In this document: positions 26,778-36,825 of the stretch, in pieces
Numbering within the stretch: position 1 is the stretch's first letter
How the letters are laid out: every line of letters starts with the position of its first letter
Source of the DNA: Candidatus Altimarinota bacterium
Lineage (GTDB): Bacteria; Patescibacteriota; Gracilibacteria; JBDHUY01
Direction: 5' to 3'
NCBI GenBank assembly: GCA_039809385.1
Contig: JBDHUY010000004.1
Location: forward strand, 32,001 to 96,000
Length of the DNA stretch: 64,000 bases
Translations under genes and position numbers: made by a program
Notes under the pieces: model-generated
What the model saw: only the letters and a program-made list of their open reading frames with translations
What the model was told of the DNA's origin: nothing
The model's database searches: none

Positions 26778-29042
26778 ATGCCCCAAACGACAACCACTGG
26801 TAAGTCCAATAAAACCCTTCTGATCCGCATTGCACAGGGAGATTCAATCGCGAAAAAGGAAAAAACGTTTGAAGAGTTTTTGATTGCTCTCAGAAAATCG
26901 CTCAAAACCCGTAAGATCTCGCTCGAAATCATTGCTTACCGCCAGCATATTTATTTCTATCTGCATATCCCGGCAGATTTGATAGAACTGGTAGAAGGCC
27001 AGATTTATGCCGTCTATCCCGACTGCGAGATTGTCGATGTCCCAGATTATGCCGACGAACGAGTGCTGGAGCATTTGCATATAGTGGGTACCGATCTGAA
27101 ATTGTCGCGTTCGGATATCTATCCGATCAAGATGTATCCCGCGTTTGAAGCCGATGCGCTGGCGGGTGCTTTTTCGGTACTTACTAAAGGAGAAAAACAG
27201 GATCAGGCCTGGATCCAGTTTGTGATTACTCCGCTGCCGGACGACTGGCTGCTGAATTTTAAACGTTCCTGGAAGATCCGGGTCAGAGGGGTAAAAAATA
27301 TGTTCCGCATTAAAAATCTTTTTAAGGCTACTGATGTTTCCAAAGTCGAGAAAGAAGCTATTTTGGCCAAATCCAAGAAAGATTATTACGATGTCAGTAT
27401 CAAAATCGCCTATCTGACCGACGACAAGAGTAAAGCGATTCAACGCTTGAAAGCCTTGACCGAAGCTTTTTCTCAGTTTGGTACCGCCGATTTGAATTCG
27501 TTCAAAACCGCCGGAATTGTGGCCGGAAGATCCTATTTACAACGCTATAAAGCCCGGCGTCCCGGTATTTCGTTTCAACTGACCACCGAAGAACTCGCCA
27601 CGGTTTATCATTTTCCCAACCCGGACGTCGTTCCGCATATCGTCCATGTGCTGGCGCGCAAAGCGCAACCGCCCTTGGATCTCCCCGTCAAAGGAACCGA
27701 CGATGATAAAAATATCTGTTTTTTCGGAACGACCAACTACCACAATCAGAACAATATTTTCGGGATCAAGCGGCGCGACCGACAACGTCACCTCTATGTC
27801 ATCGGAAAGAGCGGCGTGGGGAAGAGTAAATTGCTGGAACTGTTTATCAACGAAGATATTGCCGACGGTCACGGAGTCGGCGTGCTCGATCCGCACGGCG
27901 ATCTGATCGATAATATTATGCGGCGTATTCCCGAGAATCGGGTCAAAGATGTGATCTATTTCGATCCTTCCGATACCGAATTTCCCGTAGCGTTCAATCC
28001 GCTCGAACAGGTCTCGCCAGAGCTAAAGATGCGTGTGACGATCGGATTTATCGAAATTTTCAAAAAACTCTTCGGCTCCAACTGGACGCCTCGTCTGGAA
28101 CACGTTTTGCGTTATACGACACTGGCGCTGCTCGATTCTCCCAACACGACCGTGCTGAGTATTTTGAAAATGCTGACTGATAAAAATTACCGCCAGCGTA
28201 TCGTGGCCCGTATCGAAGATTCGGTGGTTAAAAATTTCTGGGTCAACGAATTTGCCGGTTGGAGCGAGAAGTTCGACAACGAGGCGATCATGCCGGTCTT
28301 GAACAAAGTCGGTCAGTTCGTTTCTACCGCGCTCATTCGCAATATGGTCGGCCAGCCCCTGAATAAGCTGAATATCCGGAAAATCATGGACGACCGCCAG
28401 ATCCTGTTGATCAAACTTTCGCGCGGGCTGCTGGGTGATGAAAACAGTAATCTGCTGGGAGCGATGCTGATTACCAAAATGCAACAGGCGGCCATGAGCC
28501 GGGCCGATATCCGCGAAGAAGATCGTAAGGATTTTTACTTGTATGTCGATGAGTTCCAAAATTTTGCCACGGATACGTTCGAGCAGATTTTGTCTGAAGC
28601 CCGTAAATATCGTCTCAACGTGACCCTGGCACACCAGTTTATGGCCCAATTATCACCGGCGCTCAGGGCTACGGTATTTGGAAATGTCGGTTCCTTGATC
28701 AGTTTCCGGGTGGGTGCCGACGATGCGGCTATTTTGGAAAAAGAATATACCCCGGTCTTTAAAGTCCGCGATATTATCAATCTGGGAGTGCAGGAGTTCT
28801 ATGTCAAAATGTCGATCGACGGCGAAACCCGCGACGCATTTTCGGGAAAAACCTTATCGATCCAGTACCCGGAGCGCGATTTTACTCAGGAAATTATTGA
28901 AAATTCGCGGCGCCATTTCGGCAAACCGCGGCCCCAAGTGGAAAAAGAACTGGCAGCCTGGGACGAGAGCGGGGGAGCTGACCAGAAAGGCCCGGCTTTG
29001 CCAGCCGCCGATGAAGAGGAGTTTGCCAAGCCGGTGGTGTAG
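26778..29042 (+). CDS. TraD/TrwB/HerA-like ATPase (type IV secretion coupling-protein-like, CPR type)
   Basis: GKSGVGKS, DPHGDL, YVDEFQNF, LSEARKY. Confidence 0.9.
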   Translation: MPQTTTTGKSNKTLLIRIAQGDSIAKKEKTFEEFLIALRKSLKTRKISLEIIAYRQHIYFYLHIPADLIELVEGQIYAVYPDCEIVDVPDYADERVLEHLHIVGTDLKLSRSDIYPIKMYPAFEADALAGAFSVLTKGEKQDQAWIQFVITPLPDDWLLNFKRSWKIRVRGVKNMFRIKNLFKATDVSKVEKEAILAKSKKDYYDVSIKIAYLTDDKSKAIQRLKALTEAFSQFGTADLNSFKTAGIVAGRSYLQRYKARRPGISFQLTTEELATVYHFPNPDVVPHIVHVLARKAQPPLDLPVKGTDDDKNICFFGTTNYHNQNNIFGIKRRDRQRHLYVIGKSGVGKSKLLELFINEDIADGHGVGVLDPHGDLIDNIMRRIPENRVKDVIYFDPSDTEFPVAFNPLEQVSPELKMRVTIGFIEIFKKLFGSNWTPRLEHVLRYTTLALLDSPNTTVLSILKMLTDKNYRQRIVARIEDSVVKNFWVNEFAGWSEKFDNEAIMPVLNKVGQFVSTALIRNMVGQPLNKLNIRKIMDDRQILLIKLSRGLLGDENSNLLGAMLITKMQQAAMSRADIREEDRKDFYLYVDEFQNFATDTFEQILSEARKYRLNVTLAHQFMAQLSPALRATVFGNVGSLISFRVGADDAAILEKEYTPVFKVRDIINLGVQEFYVKMSIDGETRDAFSGKTLSIQYPERDFTQEIIENSRRHFGKPRPQVEKELAAWDESGGADQKGPALPAADEEEFAKPVV

Positions 29043-29094
29043 GGGAGGGGGACAGAGTATAAAGTATCTGGTATTAAGTATAAAGTATAAGGCA
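29041..29094. repeat. Family-A heptamer arm overlapping the stop codon
   Basis: aggggagggggacagagtataaagtatctggtattaagtataaagtataaggca. Confidence 0.8.
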
Positions 29095-29164
29095 CTTACT
29101 CTGATGGTTGAGAGGGGACTTTTTTTGAAATGGCTACTTGTCACTCAGTGTGTTAAAAACGTTT

Positions 29165-29245
29165 TCCTGCGTCTTCGGATTCTGGACGAGTCAGGATGAC
29201 CATTTACAAGTGTCCCGTCACTCCGGCTTGCCCGGAGTCCGTGGA
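29165..29245. repeat. Degenerate GTCA-type palindromic element
   Basis: ggattctggacgagtcaggatgac ... gtcactccggcttgcccggagtcc. Confidence 0.5.
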
Positions 29246-29528
29246 TGAGAGTCGCTATGCAAGCGAACGTACTGGCTCTTTATTTTTGGAACAGAGTGGG
29301 GCCGGGATCATCTTTCAATGAATTGGCAGGATTTTGTGCCTTTGTTTTTCTTGTTTGTCTAATCGAGTAAACGGAAGGTCCTGTTTCAGAAAAATAACCC
29401 GTTAGAGGTACATCACTGAGTCTCTATGTCTTATTGCTCCAAATTCTGGACAATCTCATTATTTGTCGTATATACTTAATTCGGTAAGGATGTAATTTTG
29501 CTAATCAAAAAAACATGTATGGGTACTA

Positions 29529-30146
29529 TTGAATCACTATCTCCATAAGGAGGATGAGAAGAGAAATACCAATAATTCACAGAACAATCTGCGTAATCCG
29601 AGGAACATTTTCCTGACTGGTTTTTTAATAGCCGCGGGTATTCTTCCGAGTATTCCGTATACTACAAAAGCGGCTGATGGTTCGAAAATAAAAACCTCTG
29701 ATGGGAGTGTTGTTGCGAAACAGCTTGAAGGATCGGAGGCAGAGACAGCCCTTTCAGAAACGGAGCATCTTTCATTGCAGGTTACACCAGCTGAAATTAG
29801 TTATCCTGATGACTTTACAGGGAGAGACACTTTGACAGTTACTACACAGCTTACCCTACGTTCTCCAAAAGACTCAGTTCAACGTGATTTTCCGGTAACA
29901 TATAAGACAAAATCTAACCATCCGAGTGTTGATAATGGGAAGCCAACGATTCATTCCAAAGTAAGTTTTAATCAAACCCCGGGAACTATTACTTTTCCGA
30001 GCACATTCTCGAGCGATACTATTAAAAATCTGATCGGAAATAAGGGAGAATCAGTAAGTATTATAGCTATAGTCACATATACTGATCCAAAAACGGGCCT
30101 ACAAAAAAACGAAAAGGTTCAGGTAAAGATTCTAATCAAACAATGA
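29529..30146 (+). CDS. AT-rich hypothetical exported beta-rich protein
   Basis: Hydrophobic segment IFLTGFLIAAGILP followed by Thr-rich strands; start uncertain. Confidence 0.6.
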   Translation: MNHYLHKEDEKRNTNNSQNNLRNPRNIFLTGFLIAAGILPSIPYTTKAADGSKIKTSDGSVVAKQLEGSEAETALSETEHLSLQVTPAEISYPDDFTGRDTLTVTTQLTLRSPKDSVQRDFPVTYKTKSNHPSVDNGKPTIHSKVSFNQTPGTITFPSTFSSDTIKNLIGNKGESVSIIAIVTYTDPKTGLQKNEKVQVKILIKQ

Positions 30147-30296
30147 ATATTGAAAATTCGTTTTGATGAATACTGTCAGAATGCGAATTTATTTCTGTTC
30201 CTTTGTGTTACCGGATAAACTTCTTTCGATTCGATAGTAGATTTATTGTTCCATTTAAACACATCCTATGGTAAAATAATCTGATGTTCTTTTTCC

Positions 30297-33296
30297 ATGC
30301 GCAAAAACATATACAAAAACATAGTGGCGGCTCTTTTTCTGGCGCTGGGAATCTTCTCCGCAGCGGGTCCGGTCGTGGCCCAGCAGCAAAATGGCAATGC
30401 TGCTTCATCCAAAGTGCCGCCGCTCAATATCTTCGTCCATAAAAACGATCCCTATAGTACGCTGTGGGACGAGGTGGATCAACAAATGAAGATTACGTAT
30501 TTCAGAGATGATCAAAAGCTGGGAGAAACCTACTATCCTCCCAACTTGTTGCGACCCGTCAACGGAAATGCGAATGCTGCGCCGCAGCTAATAACCGAAG
30601 CTTTTGTTTCTCTGGATATTGTCACGCAGCCCGGTACCTACCGCGCCGTCATCGAGGCGGGTGCCGACGGAGCTATTCCGCGGTATAAAACGGATCAAAG
30701 CGGTACCACGGTGCAGGAAGGGACGATCGATATCTACCAGTGTATCGAAAATCCTTTGTTGCCGTTGAAAGCGCGCTGCGAATACAGTATCCAGATTTCA
30801 GAACAAGATATTCTCAACCGGACCAGACGCAACGAAGCTTTTCGCCTCGATCTGGTGGTAATTCCCAAAGAACTTGCCCGCGAGCCCGATGTCGAAGATA
30901 CGCTGATCGAAGGGAAAAATTCCGAATACGACCAGCTGGTTACGTTTGTCGGACGCTTTGCCGCCCGTATTCAAAGTCTGCTCAACTGGAGTCTGGCGAT
31001 CACCCAGGAAAGCTTTGCCAATCCGACCATCGAGCGCGTATTTTCGCGTGTGCTGAATATCGTCAACGGTTTTTTCATTGTCGTACTCCTGGCAATCGCC
31101 TTCATGTGGAATTTGTCGATCGTCATCCCGAAGAAATATCTGAGAAAGATCGTCATTATTTTCTTTTTCGCCGCGATTTTGGTGAACTTCGCTCTGCCGG
31201 TAAATCGTTTGCTGATCAATATTACCAATTCGGTACAAAACAGTTTTCTGGTCAAAGACGTCCGGACTGAAGAAGGTATTCGAAAACAACGCATTACCTC
31301 CCAAGATTTACTGATGATCTACGGGGTCGAGTACGGCGATTTCGTGGGCGAGTCGAAAGCCGATTATCTCGATAAACGGTACCCTGACGACAGTATTCCG
31401 CCTTCCTTTCCTCAAGGGGAAAAGCTTAATGAATTTGGCGAACTGCAAGATCGTTTCGTCAACCGTAATAAAGAACCGATCTATTTCAATATTGCTCTGG
31501 TGGCTTTGGGCAGTATCGGGCAACTTCTGATTGCCTTGCTGATTATTCTGCGGATCATCATTTTATGGTTTCTGCTGATTTTGTCGCCGTTTTTGTTTTT
31601 GCTCTTTACGCTTAACTTTCTCAAACAATTTTTTCGTTACTGGATCTGGTTTTATTTCCGATGGCTCTTCATCGGCCCGATCTTGGCTATGTGTCTCTAT
31701 ATTATTGTCAATATCTGGTCCCTGACCGGTGTCCCTATCGAAAGTACGGCTCCGTTGCCGGGAGGATTGTCATTTGATAATGCAACGAATCTCTATCTGG
31801 CCGCTCCGGGAGTTTTCTCAGGTTTTTTAAACACGCCCCGCGAGGTCATGAAATACTTGGCCGCGTTGCTCATGTTATACTTGTCCGTCTTATTGCCATT
31901 CTGGCTTACCCGCAGGATCGGGGGAGGAGAATGTTGTATGGATCAAGGGCTGTTGTCCAAACTTAGAACCTCTACCAAAATTTCTCCCGGCAGTACGCGT
32001 ACCACCAGTTCGGTTTCGCCTGTCGTCCCTTCTCCTCAACCTCCTTCGCTCGGTGACGGACTGGCGGTTAAGCCCGGCAATACGGTCTCTACCGATACCC
32101 AACTGAAAAATCTTAACATCGAAGCATTGCGTCCCGAGGGCGAGGGGTTTGAAATTGGACAGCTCACTGGTCGCCTTGGCGAATCTTCAGCTACTGCTAC
32201 TACTGCTCGTACCGAAGAAAGAACTGCCGATGGCACTCGCTCCGGTCAGGCCGAGCAAAGTAAAGACCAAAGTCAGTTGCAAGAGCAAACCCAGTCTCAG
32301 ACAAGCAGCTCTGCTCAGGAGACGATTCAATCCAGTAGTAGCCAAGCTCAATTACAAACTGAAACCGATACGACCCAACGGAGTGGCGCTTCGACCGAAA
32401 GCGGTGCCCGGACGGGTAGTTTTACCGAACGGGATAGTCTGCTGGATACCCGTTCATTGCTGCAAAAAGTCAATCTTGCGCCTATTACCAATCCGAGCCG
32501 TAACGAGGTGATCGATCGTCTGTCTAAGCGTGAAACCGTCGCAAGTACTGCTGAACGCGCTACGTTGAATGCGCTTTACCGCGAACTTGATAAACGGGCT
32601 CAGGGAGGTGATCGTCTGGCCCAGCAGGCTATCAACGATGTGAAACAGGCTGAGCGATTTGCCCGCGAAGAAGGCGTTTCGAGTCAGAAGGGGGAACGCT
32701 TACAGGGGGTCGACGATACGCAACAAATACGTACAAATGAAACCGGCGATCTTGCTTCGACCACCGGCAGTGTTGAGCAGGCTGCCGCTGCGTTGCAGGG
32801 ACAAAATGTTTCACAGGAACAATCAACCCGACTCTCCCAGGGCGATGAAGTGATGCAACTGAAAGAAGAAGTTGTCGGGGCTCTTACTGCGGGCGAAAAC
32901 AAAGAGAGTGTCAAAGAGGAGGTTGAATCCTCAATTGAAAGAGTAGACCGTTCCGATCATGTCGAAGTAAAAGAAAAAGTCATGATGGCCGAGCTGGACG
33001 ATCCCGACACGGCCCGCTTGGAAGCGGGTGAAGAAGAAGAGGACAAGAATAAACGGGAAGAACAGAAGAAAGACGAGGAAAAGGACGAGGAGGGAGAAGA
33101 AGCAACTACCGAGGAGAATCAGGATAAGGAGGAGAATGAAAACGAGCTTGAAGCCGGGGAAGAAAGCGAAGAACTCGACGATCCGAACCAAGACCCGCGT
33201 CTGGGCGCTGCCGAGATACGCGACAAAATAGCTAAAAAGCCCGATCCCAAAGAGATCGATACCCCCGAAGATCAGACCCCGTTGCTCCCGGCCTAA
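30297..33296 (+). CDS. VirB6/TrbL-like polytopic membrane protein with long S/T/Q-rich and acidic tail
   Basis: Signal peptide; AAILVNFALP and LRIIILWFLLILSPFLF TM motifs; near the TraD-like gene. Confidence 0.7.
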   Translation: MRKNIYKNIVAALFLALGIFSAAGPVVAQQQNGNAASSKVPPLNIFVHKNDPYSTLWDEVDQQMKITYFRDDQKLGETYYPPNLLRPVNGNANAAPQLITEAFVSLDIVTQPGTYRAVIEAGADGAIPRYKTDQSGTTVQEGTIDIYQCIENPLLPLKARCEYSIQISEQDILNRTRRNEAFRLDLVVIPKELAREPDVEDTLIEGKNSEYDQLVTFVGRFAARIQSLLNWSLAITQESFANPTIERVFSRVLNIVNGFFIVVLLAIAFMWNLSIVIPKKYLRKIVIIFFFAAILVNFALPVNRLLINITNSVQNSFLVKDVRTEEGIRKQRITSQDLLMIYGVEYGDFVGESKADYLDKRYPDDSIPPSFPQGEKLNEFGELQDRFVNRNKEPIYFNIALVALGSIGQLLIALLIILRIIILWFLLILSPFLFLLFTLNFLKQFFRYWIWFYFRWLFIGPILAMCLYIIVNIWSLTGVPIESTAPLPGGLSFDNATNLYLAAPGVFSGFLNTPREVMKYLAALLMLYLSVLLPFWLTRRIGGGECCMDQGLLSKLRTSTKISPGSTRTTSSVSPVVPSPQPPSLGDGLAVKPGNTVSTDTQLKNLNIEALRPEGEGFEIGQLTGRLGESSATATTARTEERTADGTRSGQAEQSKDQSQLQEQTQSQTSSSAQETIQSSSSQAQLQTETDTTQRSGASTESGARTGSFTERDSLLDTRSLLQKVNLAPITNPSRNEVIDRLSKRETVASTAERATLNALYRELDKRAQGGDRLAQQAINDVKQAERFAREEGVSSQKGERLQGVDDTQQIRTNETGDLASTTGSVEQAAAALQGQNVSQEQSTRLSQGDEVMQLKEEVVGALTAGENKESVKEEVESSIERVDRSDHVEVKEKVMMAELDDPDTARLEAGEEEEDKNKREEQKKDEEKDEEGEEATTEENQDKEENENELEAGEESEELDDPNQDPRLGAAEIRDKIAKKPDPKEIDTPEDQTPLLPA

Positions 33297-33350
33297 AGAC
33301 AATAGTATTGTTGTATAAATAAGGTCTGAGGTCCACTAACTATTTCTCGG

Positions 33351-34256
33351 ATGAGCATAGAAAATCTTAAAGTTAATGAGTTAATCAATAAAGTTAGCAA
33401 TACATTTAGAGAGCCATGGAAGTGGCAAACTCAATATATTAGAAGCCTCATATTAGCGGTCTTGATCAGTATAGCAAAAAATGATCCTGCCAATGCTGCC
33501 TTCGATCCAACTGCCCTATCGTATGAGCCGGATATTCATCATATTCAACAGATAGATCCTGATAATTCTAAAGCTCAACATGGTAAACTTGATTTAAAAT
33601 ATGTAATCCCAAAAAGCAGTCAACATTTTTCTCATACGGCACTCCATAATTCAGACCTTGAACCAAATGTAAGATCAGGTAATTGGAACGTACTATCTCA
33701 ATCCCATCATCGATTACAACAAGATGAAGCGTTATCATCCCTTATGGCTGGAATACAAGAATCACTGAAAGAACATAGAGCGCAGCTTGCACAAGTACCG
33801 AGAATAAGGACTTCTAAATTCCACGAAGTCATTATGTGGGACGGAAGTAGTATCTCAAAGGATAAAGATGATCAAGATGTTAAAACGATTAGAACTGACG
33901 CACTTGCTGGATGTATTTGTACAGTATTAAGCCTAGAAGATGAAGCGGGAACTCAAAAGGTTATCATGACGCATTATCCACCTACGGATATTCCTGAGAA
34001 CCTTACGCACTTAGAATCACTCATCGGAGATTTTAAGGCTTCAAAAGCCAAAGCTTTAATTCTAGGCAAGCATCTATCAAGCAAATTTATCCCAAAATCT
34101 TTGGTAATTGAGCTTCGATTGAAGTCTCTTTTTTCGGGAAATATTGGTATAGAGAGTTTGGATTATGAGGGAAATGAAGAATGTACTGTCGTCATGCAGA
34201 ATGATCGAAAAGTTACCTATAAAACTCGTTTTTATGAAGGAGATTTGACAGCGTGA
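33351..34256 (+). CDS. AT-rich hypothetical protein with CheD/CNF1-like Cys-His motif
   Basis: IRTDALAGCICTV...VIMTHYPP. Confidence 0.55.
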   Translation: MSIENLKVNELINKVSNTFREPWKWQTQYIRSLILAVLISIAKNDPANAAFDPTALSYEPDIHHIQQIDPDNSKAQHGKLDLKYVIPKSSQHFSHTALHNSDLEPNVRSGNWNVLSQSHHRLQQDEALSSLMAGIQESLKEHRAQLAQVPRIRTSKFHEVIMWDGSSISKDKDDQDVKTIRTDALAGCICTVLSLEDEAGTQKVIMTHYPPTDIPENLTHLESLIGDFKASKAKALILGKHLSSKFIPKSLVIELRLKSLFSGNIGIESLDYEGNEECTVVMQNDRKVTYKTRFYEGDLTA

Positions 34257-34260
34257 TAGA

Positions 34261-35142
34261 TTAACGTCCAACAATCTCCTCCAGAAACTTCCGTAATTCC
34301 GGCCCAATCTCTGGATTCTTCATTGCGAAATCAATATTGGTCTTTAAATATTCCAGTTTATTGCCGCAATCGTAATATTTCCCGTTTTCCACTTCGCAAG
34401 CATGCAAAGGAATACCTTTGGCCTGCAAGCGGTTGATCGAATCGGTCAGCCATATCTCTTCGTCTTTGCCGGGTTCCAGTCGTCCCAATTCTTCAAAAAT
34501 TTCGGGAGGTAAAATATACGCTCCCAGCAACGCCAGATTCGAAGGAGCTTGGTCGGGATCGGGTTTCTCGACAATTTGGTTAATCCGATAAATGTTGTTC
34601 TCGATCGGCGTAATATCGGCTACTCCGTAGCGTTTCAGTTTTTCTTTCGGCTCAATCCGTATGCCCGAAATCACGATCCCGCCGAATTTATTATAGACCT
34701 CGATCATTTGAGCCAGCCGCGGCGGAGTCGCATAGATAAATTCGTCGCCCCACATGACGGCAAAGGGCTCGTTACCGACGATGTCTTTGGCGTTGAGCAC
34801 CGGCGTTCCGTTGCCGTAGGGGCCTTTTTGGCGTACATAGATGAAGTTGGCCATATCGGCGATATCTTTCACCTGCTGCCTGAGTTCTTCTTTGCCTTGC
34901 TTTTTCAGCCAGTTCTGGAGTTCGTGGTTATAGTCGAAATGGTCTTCGATCGCGCGTTTGCTGGCTCCGGTCACGATCACCACGTCTTTGATCCCCGACG
35001 CCACGGCTTCTTCAACCACATACTGGATAATGGGCTTGTCCACCACCGGCAGCATTTCCTTTGGTTGGGCCTTAGTAGCCGGTAAAAACCTGGTACCCAG
35101 GCCCGCGGCCGGGATGACGACTTTGCGAATAGGGGAGGGCAT
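34261..35142 (-). CDS. galU: UTP--glucose-1-phosphate uridylyltransferase
   Basis: VIPAAGLGTRFLPATKAQPKEMLP, VEKP. Confidence 0.95.
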   Translation of the reverse strand: MPSPIRKVVIPAAGLGTRFLPATKAQPKEMLPVVDKPIIQYVVEEAVASGIKDVVIVTGASKRAIEDHFDYNHELQNWLKKQGKEELRQQVKDIADMANFIYVRQKGPYGNGTPVLNAKDIVGNEPFAVMWGDEFIYATPPRLAQMIEVYNKFGGIVISGIRIEPKEKLKRYGVADITPIENNIYRINQIVEKPDPDQAPSNLALLGAYILPPEIFEELGRLEPGKDEEIWLTDSINRLQAKGIPLHACEVENGKYYDCGNKLEYLKTNIDFAMKNPEIGPELRKFLEEIVGR

Positions 35143-35620
35143 GGAAATGAAAAGTATAAAATGTAAAGTGAAAAGTGAGCGTTAGGCGACTGTAGTCTTT
35201 TTTGTTTTTCGGATCGTCGAAAGAATAGCTCCCAATATCTTTGCAAGCTCTCGTACTTCTTTTAATAACGATACCAGTAATGTGTTTGTGCTAATTGATT
35301 TATTCTCTTTAAAAAGAAGCAACCAAAATGCAGATTCGTTCGCCGATTTTAGGGCGTGATTTATGAAATTGGCAAAATCTTTTTTTGTTGGGCTTGCTTG
35401 TGCTTCCATGATATTGGCGCCCACCGATGTAGCGCTTCTGATAAATTGCTTTCCGATAGTTTGAAGTGAAATGCTTTTTGAAGGAAGTTGGTCGACAAGT
35501 TCCATTGATCTTACTGCAAAATCGAAACTTCTTCTCAGTAATCTTTGTCTAAATTCTTTGTTATCCATAATCAAATTTGTACTAAAAAACTTTACATTTT
35601 GCACTTTTCACTTTTCATTC
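35143..35620 (-). mobile_element. Four-helix-bundle cassette bounded by inverted heptamer arms (mobility inferred)
   Basis: 35148-35169 tgaaaagtataaaatgtaaagt matches the reverse complement of 35589-35610 (tgaaaagtgcaaaatgtaaagt) at 20/22. Confidence 0.6.
35182..35568 (-). CDS. Four helix bundle protein (23S rRNA IVS-protein-like family)
   Basis: QFIRSATSVGANIMEA...KKDF...ALKSANES.FWL. Confidence 0.93.
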   Translation of the reverse strand: MDNKEFRQRLLRRSFDFAVRSMELVDQLPSKSISLQTIGKQFIRSATSVGANIMEAQASPTKKDFANFINHALKSANESAFWLLLFKENKSISTNTLLVSLLKEVRELAKILGAILSTIRKTKKTTVA

Positions 35621-36058
35621 TTCGTTGATCGGTATAATCCTTTCTTTTACCTCAAAAATCACCGGTATCGTCAGAGCCAGGACACCGTTTTTGAGCGCGG
35701 CGTGGGCGTGGGAGACGTCGACTTTGGCGGGAAGGACGATCATGCGGGTGAAATTGCCCCAGAAGCATTCGCGTACCATAAATTCGCCGCCCGACAGGGG
35801 AGGAGGGTAACGGCGTCCGCTGATGACCAGCACGTTTTCGTTGATCCGGATCGACAGATCTTCGCGCTTGCAGGCCACTACGCCGATAATGGTGATCGTA
35901 TCGTCGGTCCGATAGACGTCGACCGGCAATTCGCCGTTTTCTTCGGTTACCTGTTCGCCTTCTTCGATGCGATTGATGATGATTTCTTCACTGACCGGGT
36001 GGGACATACAATGGAGGATAACGTGGCTAACCATACCACGCCCCTGCTTCTTTTTCAA
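35615..36058 (-). CDS. Hsp20/alpha-crystallin small heat shock protein
   Basis: ELPVDVY, ECFWGNFTR...LP, A.LKNGVL.LTIP; start may be the downstream MSHPV. Confidence 0.9.
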   Translation of the reverse strand: MKKKQGRGMVSHVILHCMSHPVSEEIIINRIEEGEQVTEENGELPVDVYRTDDTITIIGVVACKREDLSIRINENVLVISGRRYPPPLSGGEFMVRECFWGNFTRMIVLPAKVDVSHAHAALKNGVLALTIPVIFEVKERIIPINEE

Positions 36059-36135
36059 TGGCTGCTTTTTGTTGTCGATTAGGAAAGTGTTATTTTGGTT
36101 GACAAGATTATTTTTGGTCCTAAAATTATCAAAAT

Positions 36136-36375
36136 TTGTTTTTTATGAAACAACCATCCATTCCTGATCTTTCTTTGGAAAACGGACATTATGATTCCAA
36201 CTTCGTTGCCCCCAGCGTTTATCCACATCTAGATTTCAGTCATGGCCGCTGCTACCTGTGCGGATGCGAATTTATGCCTTCAGGAGACTGCGAGAACGGA
36301 TGTAAAGATAACCATTTTACTTTGACGCGGTATACCAGCTCTATCGGAAAAAAGCTAAAAGATCATTTGCAGTAA
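36136..36375 (+). CDS. Small hypothetical Cys-containing protein
   Basis: CYLCGC...C.NGC; fills an intergenic gap. Confidence 0.4.
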   Translation: MFFMKQPSIPDLSLENGHYDSNFVAPSVYPHLDFSHGRCYLCGCEFMPSGDCENGCKDNHFTLTRYTSSIGKKLKDHLQ

Positions 36376-36468
36376 GGAAGAGCGGGTTATTTCGTACGTA
36401 TTCTAATACCAGTTCCATTTCAAACCGAAGCGACAATTATAAAGAACAGATTGCCACAGTGTGTAGAA

Positions 36469-36765
36469 TCAATATTGTAGCTTTCGAAACGAGCTTTCGA
36501 TTGAATCGTCGAGTTCTTGTTCAAGATGATAGTAGCGGGCTATTGCGAGCGCACAACGTAAAACGTCTTGAACCTCTTTGGCCATTTTCATCTTATTCGG
36601 TGCCCCGTGTTTCTGCGCCTTTACGCCCGAAGCTTCGAAGTGATTGACCTGTTGGGCCAGTTCGCCGGCTTCTTCGAGCAGTCTGGTCATGATCTGAAAC
36701 GGATCATTCCCCTGAGGAAAACGTTTATTGAGTCCGTCGACGATCGTGTAGAGTTTGTCCAGCAT
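36469..36765 (-). CDS. MazG-like nucleotide pyrophosphohydrolase domain protein
   Basis: RLLEEAGELA...KEVQDVL. Confidence 0.8.
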   Translation of the reverse strand: MLDKLYTIVDGLNKRFPQGNDPFQIMTRLLEEAGELAQQVNHFEASGVKAQKHGAPNKMKMAKEVQDVLRCALAIARYYHLEQELDDSIESSFRKLQY

Positions 36766-36792
36766 GATGTGTGTACAGGATAAAAAAATGAG

Positions 36793-36818
36793 CGGGGACA
36801 CGACGTGTCGCGTCCCCG
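36793..36818. repeat. REP-like hairpin after trpS
   Basis: cggggacacgacgtgtcgcgtccccg. Confidence 0.6.
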
Positions 36819-36825
36819 TATAGCC

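Noticed and set aside
35182-35568. DGR accessory gene avd
   Set aside because: Motifs fit the ordinary four-helix-bundle family, and no RT or TR/VR pair was seen
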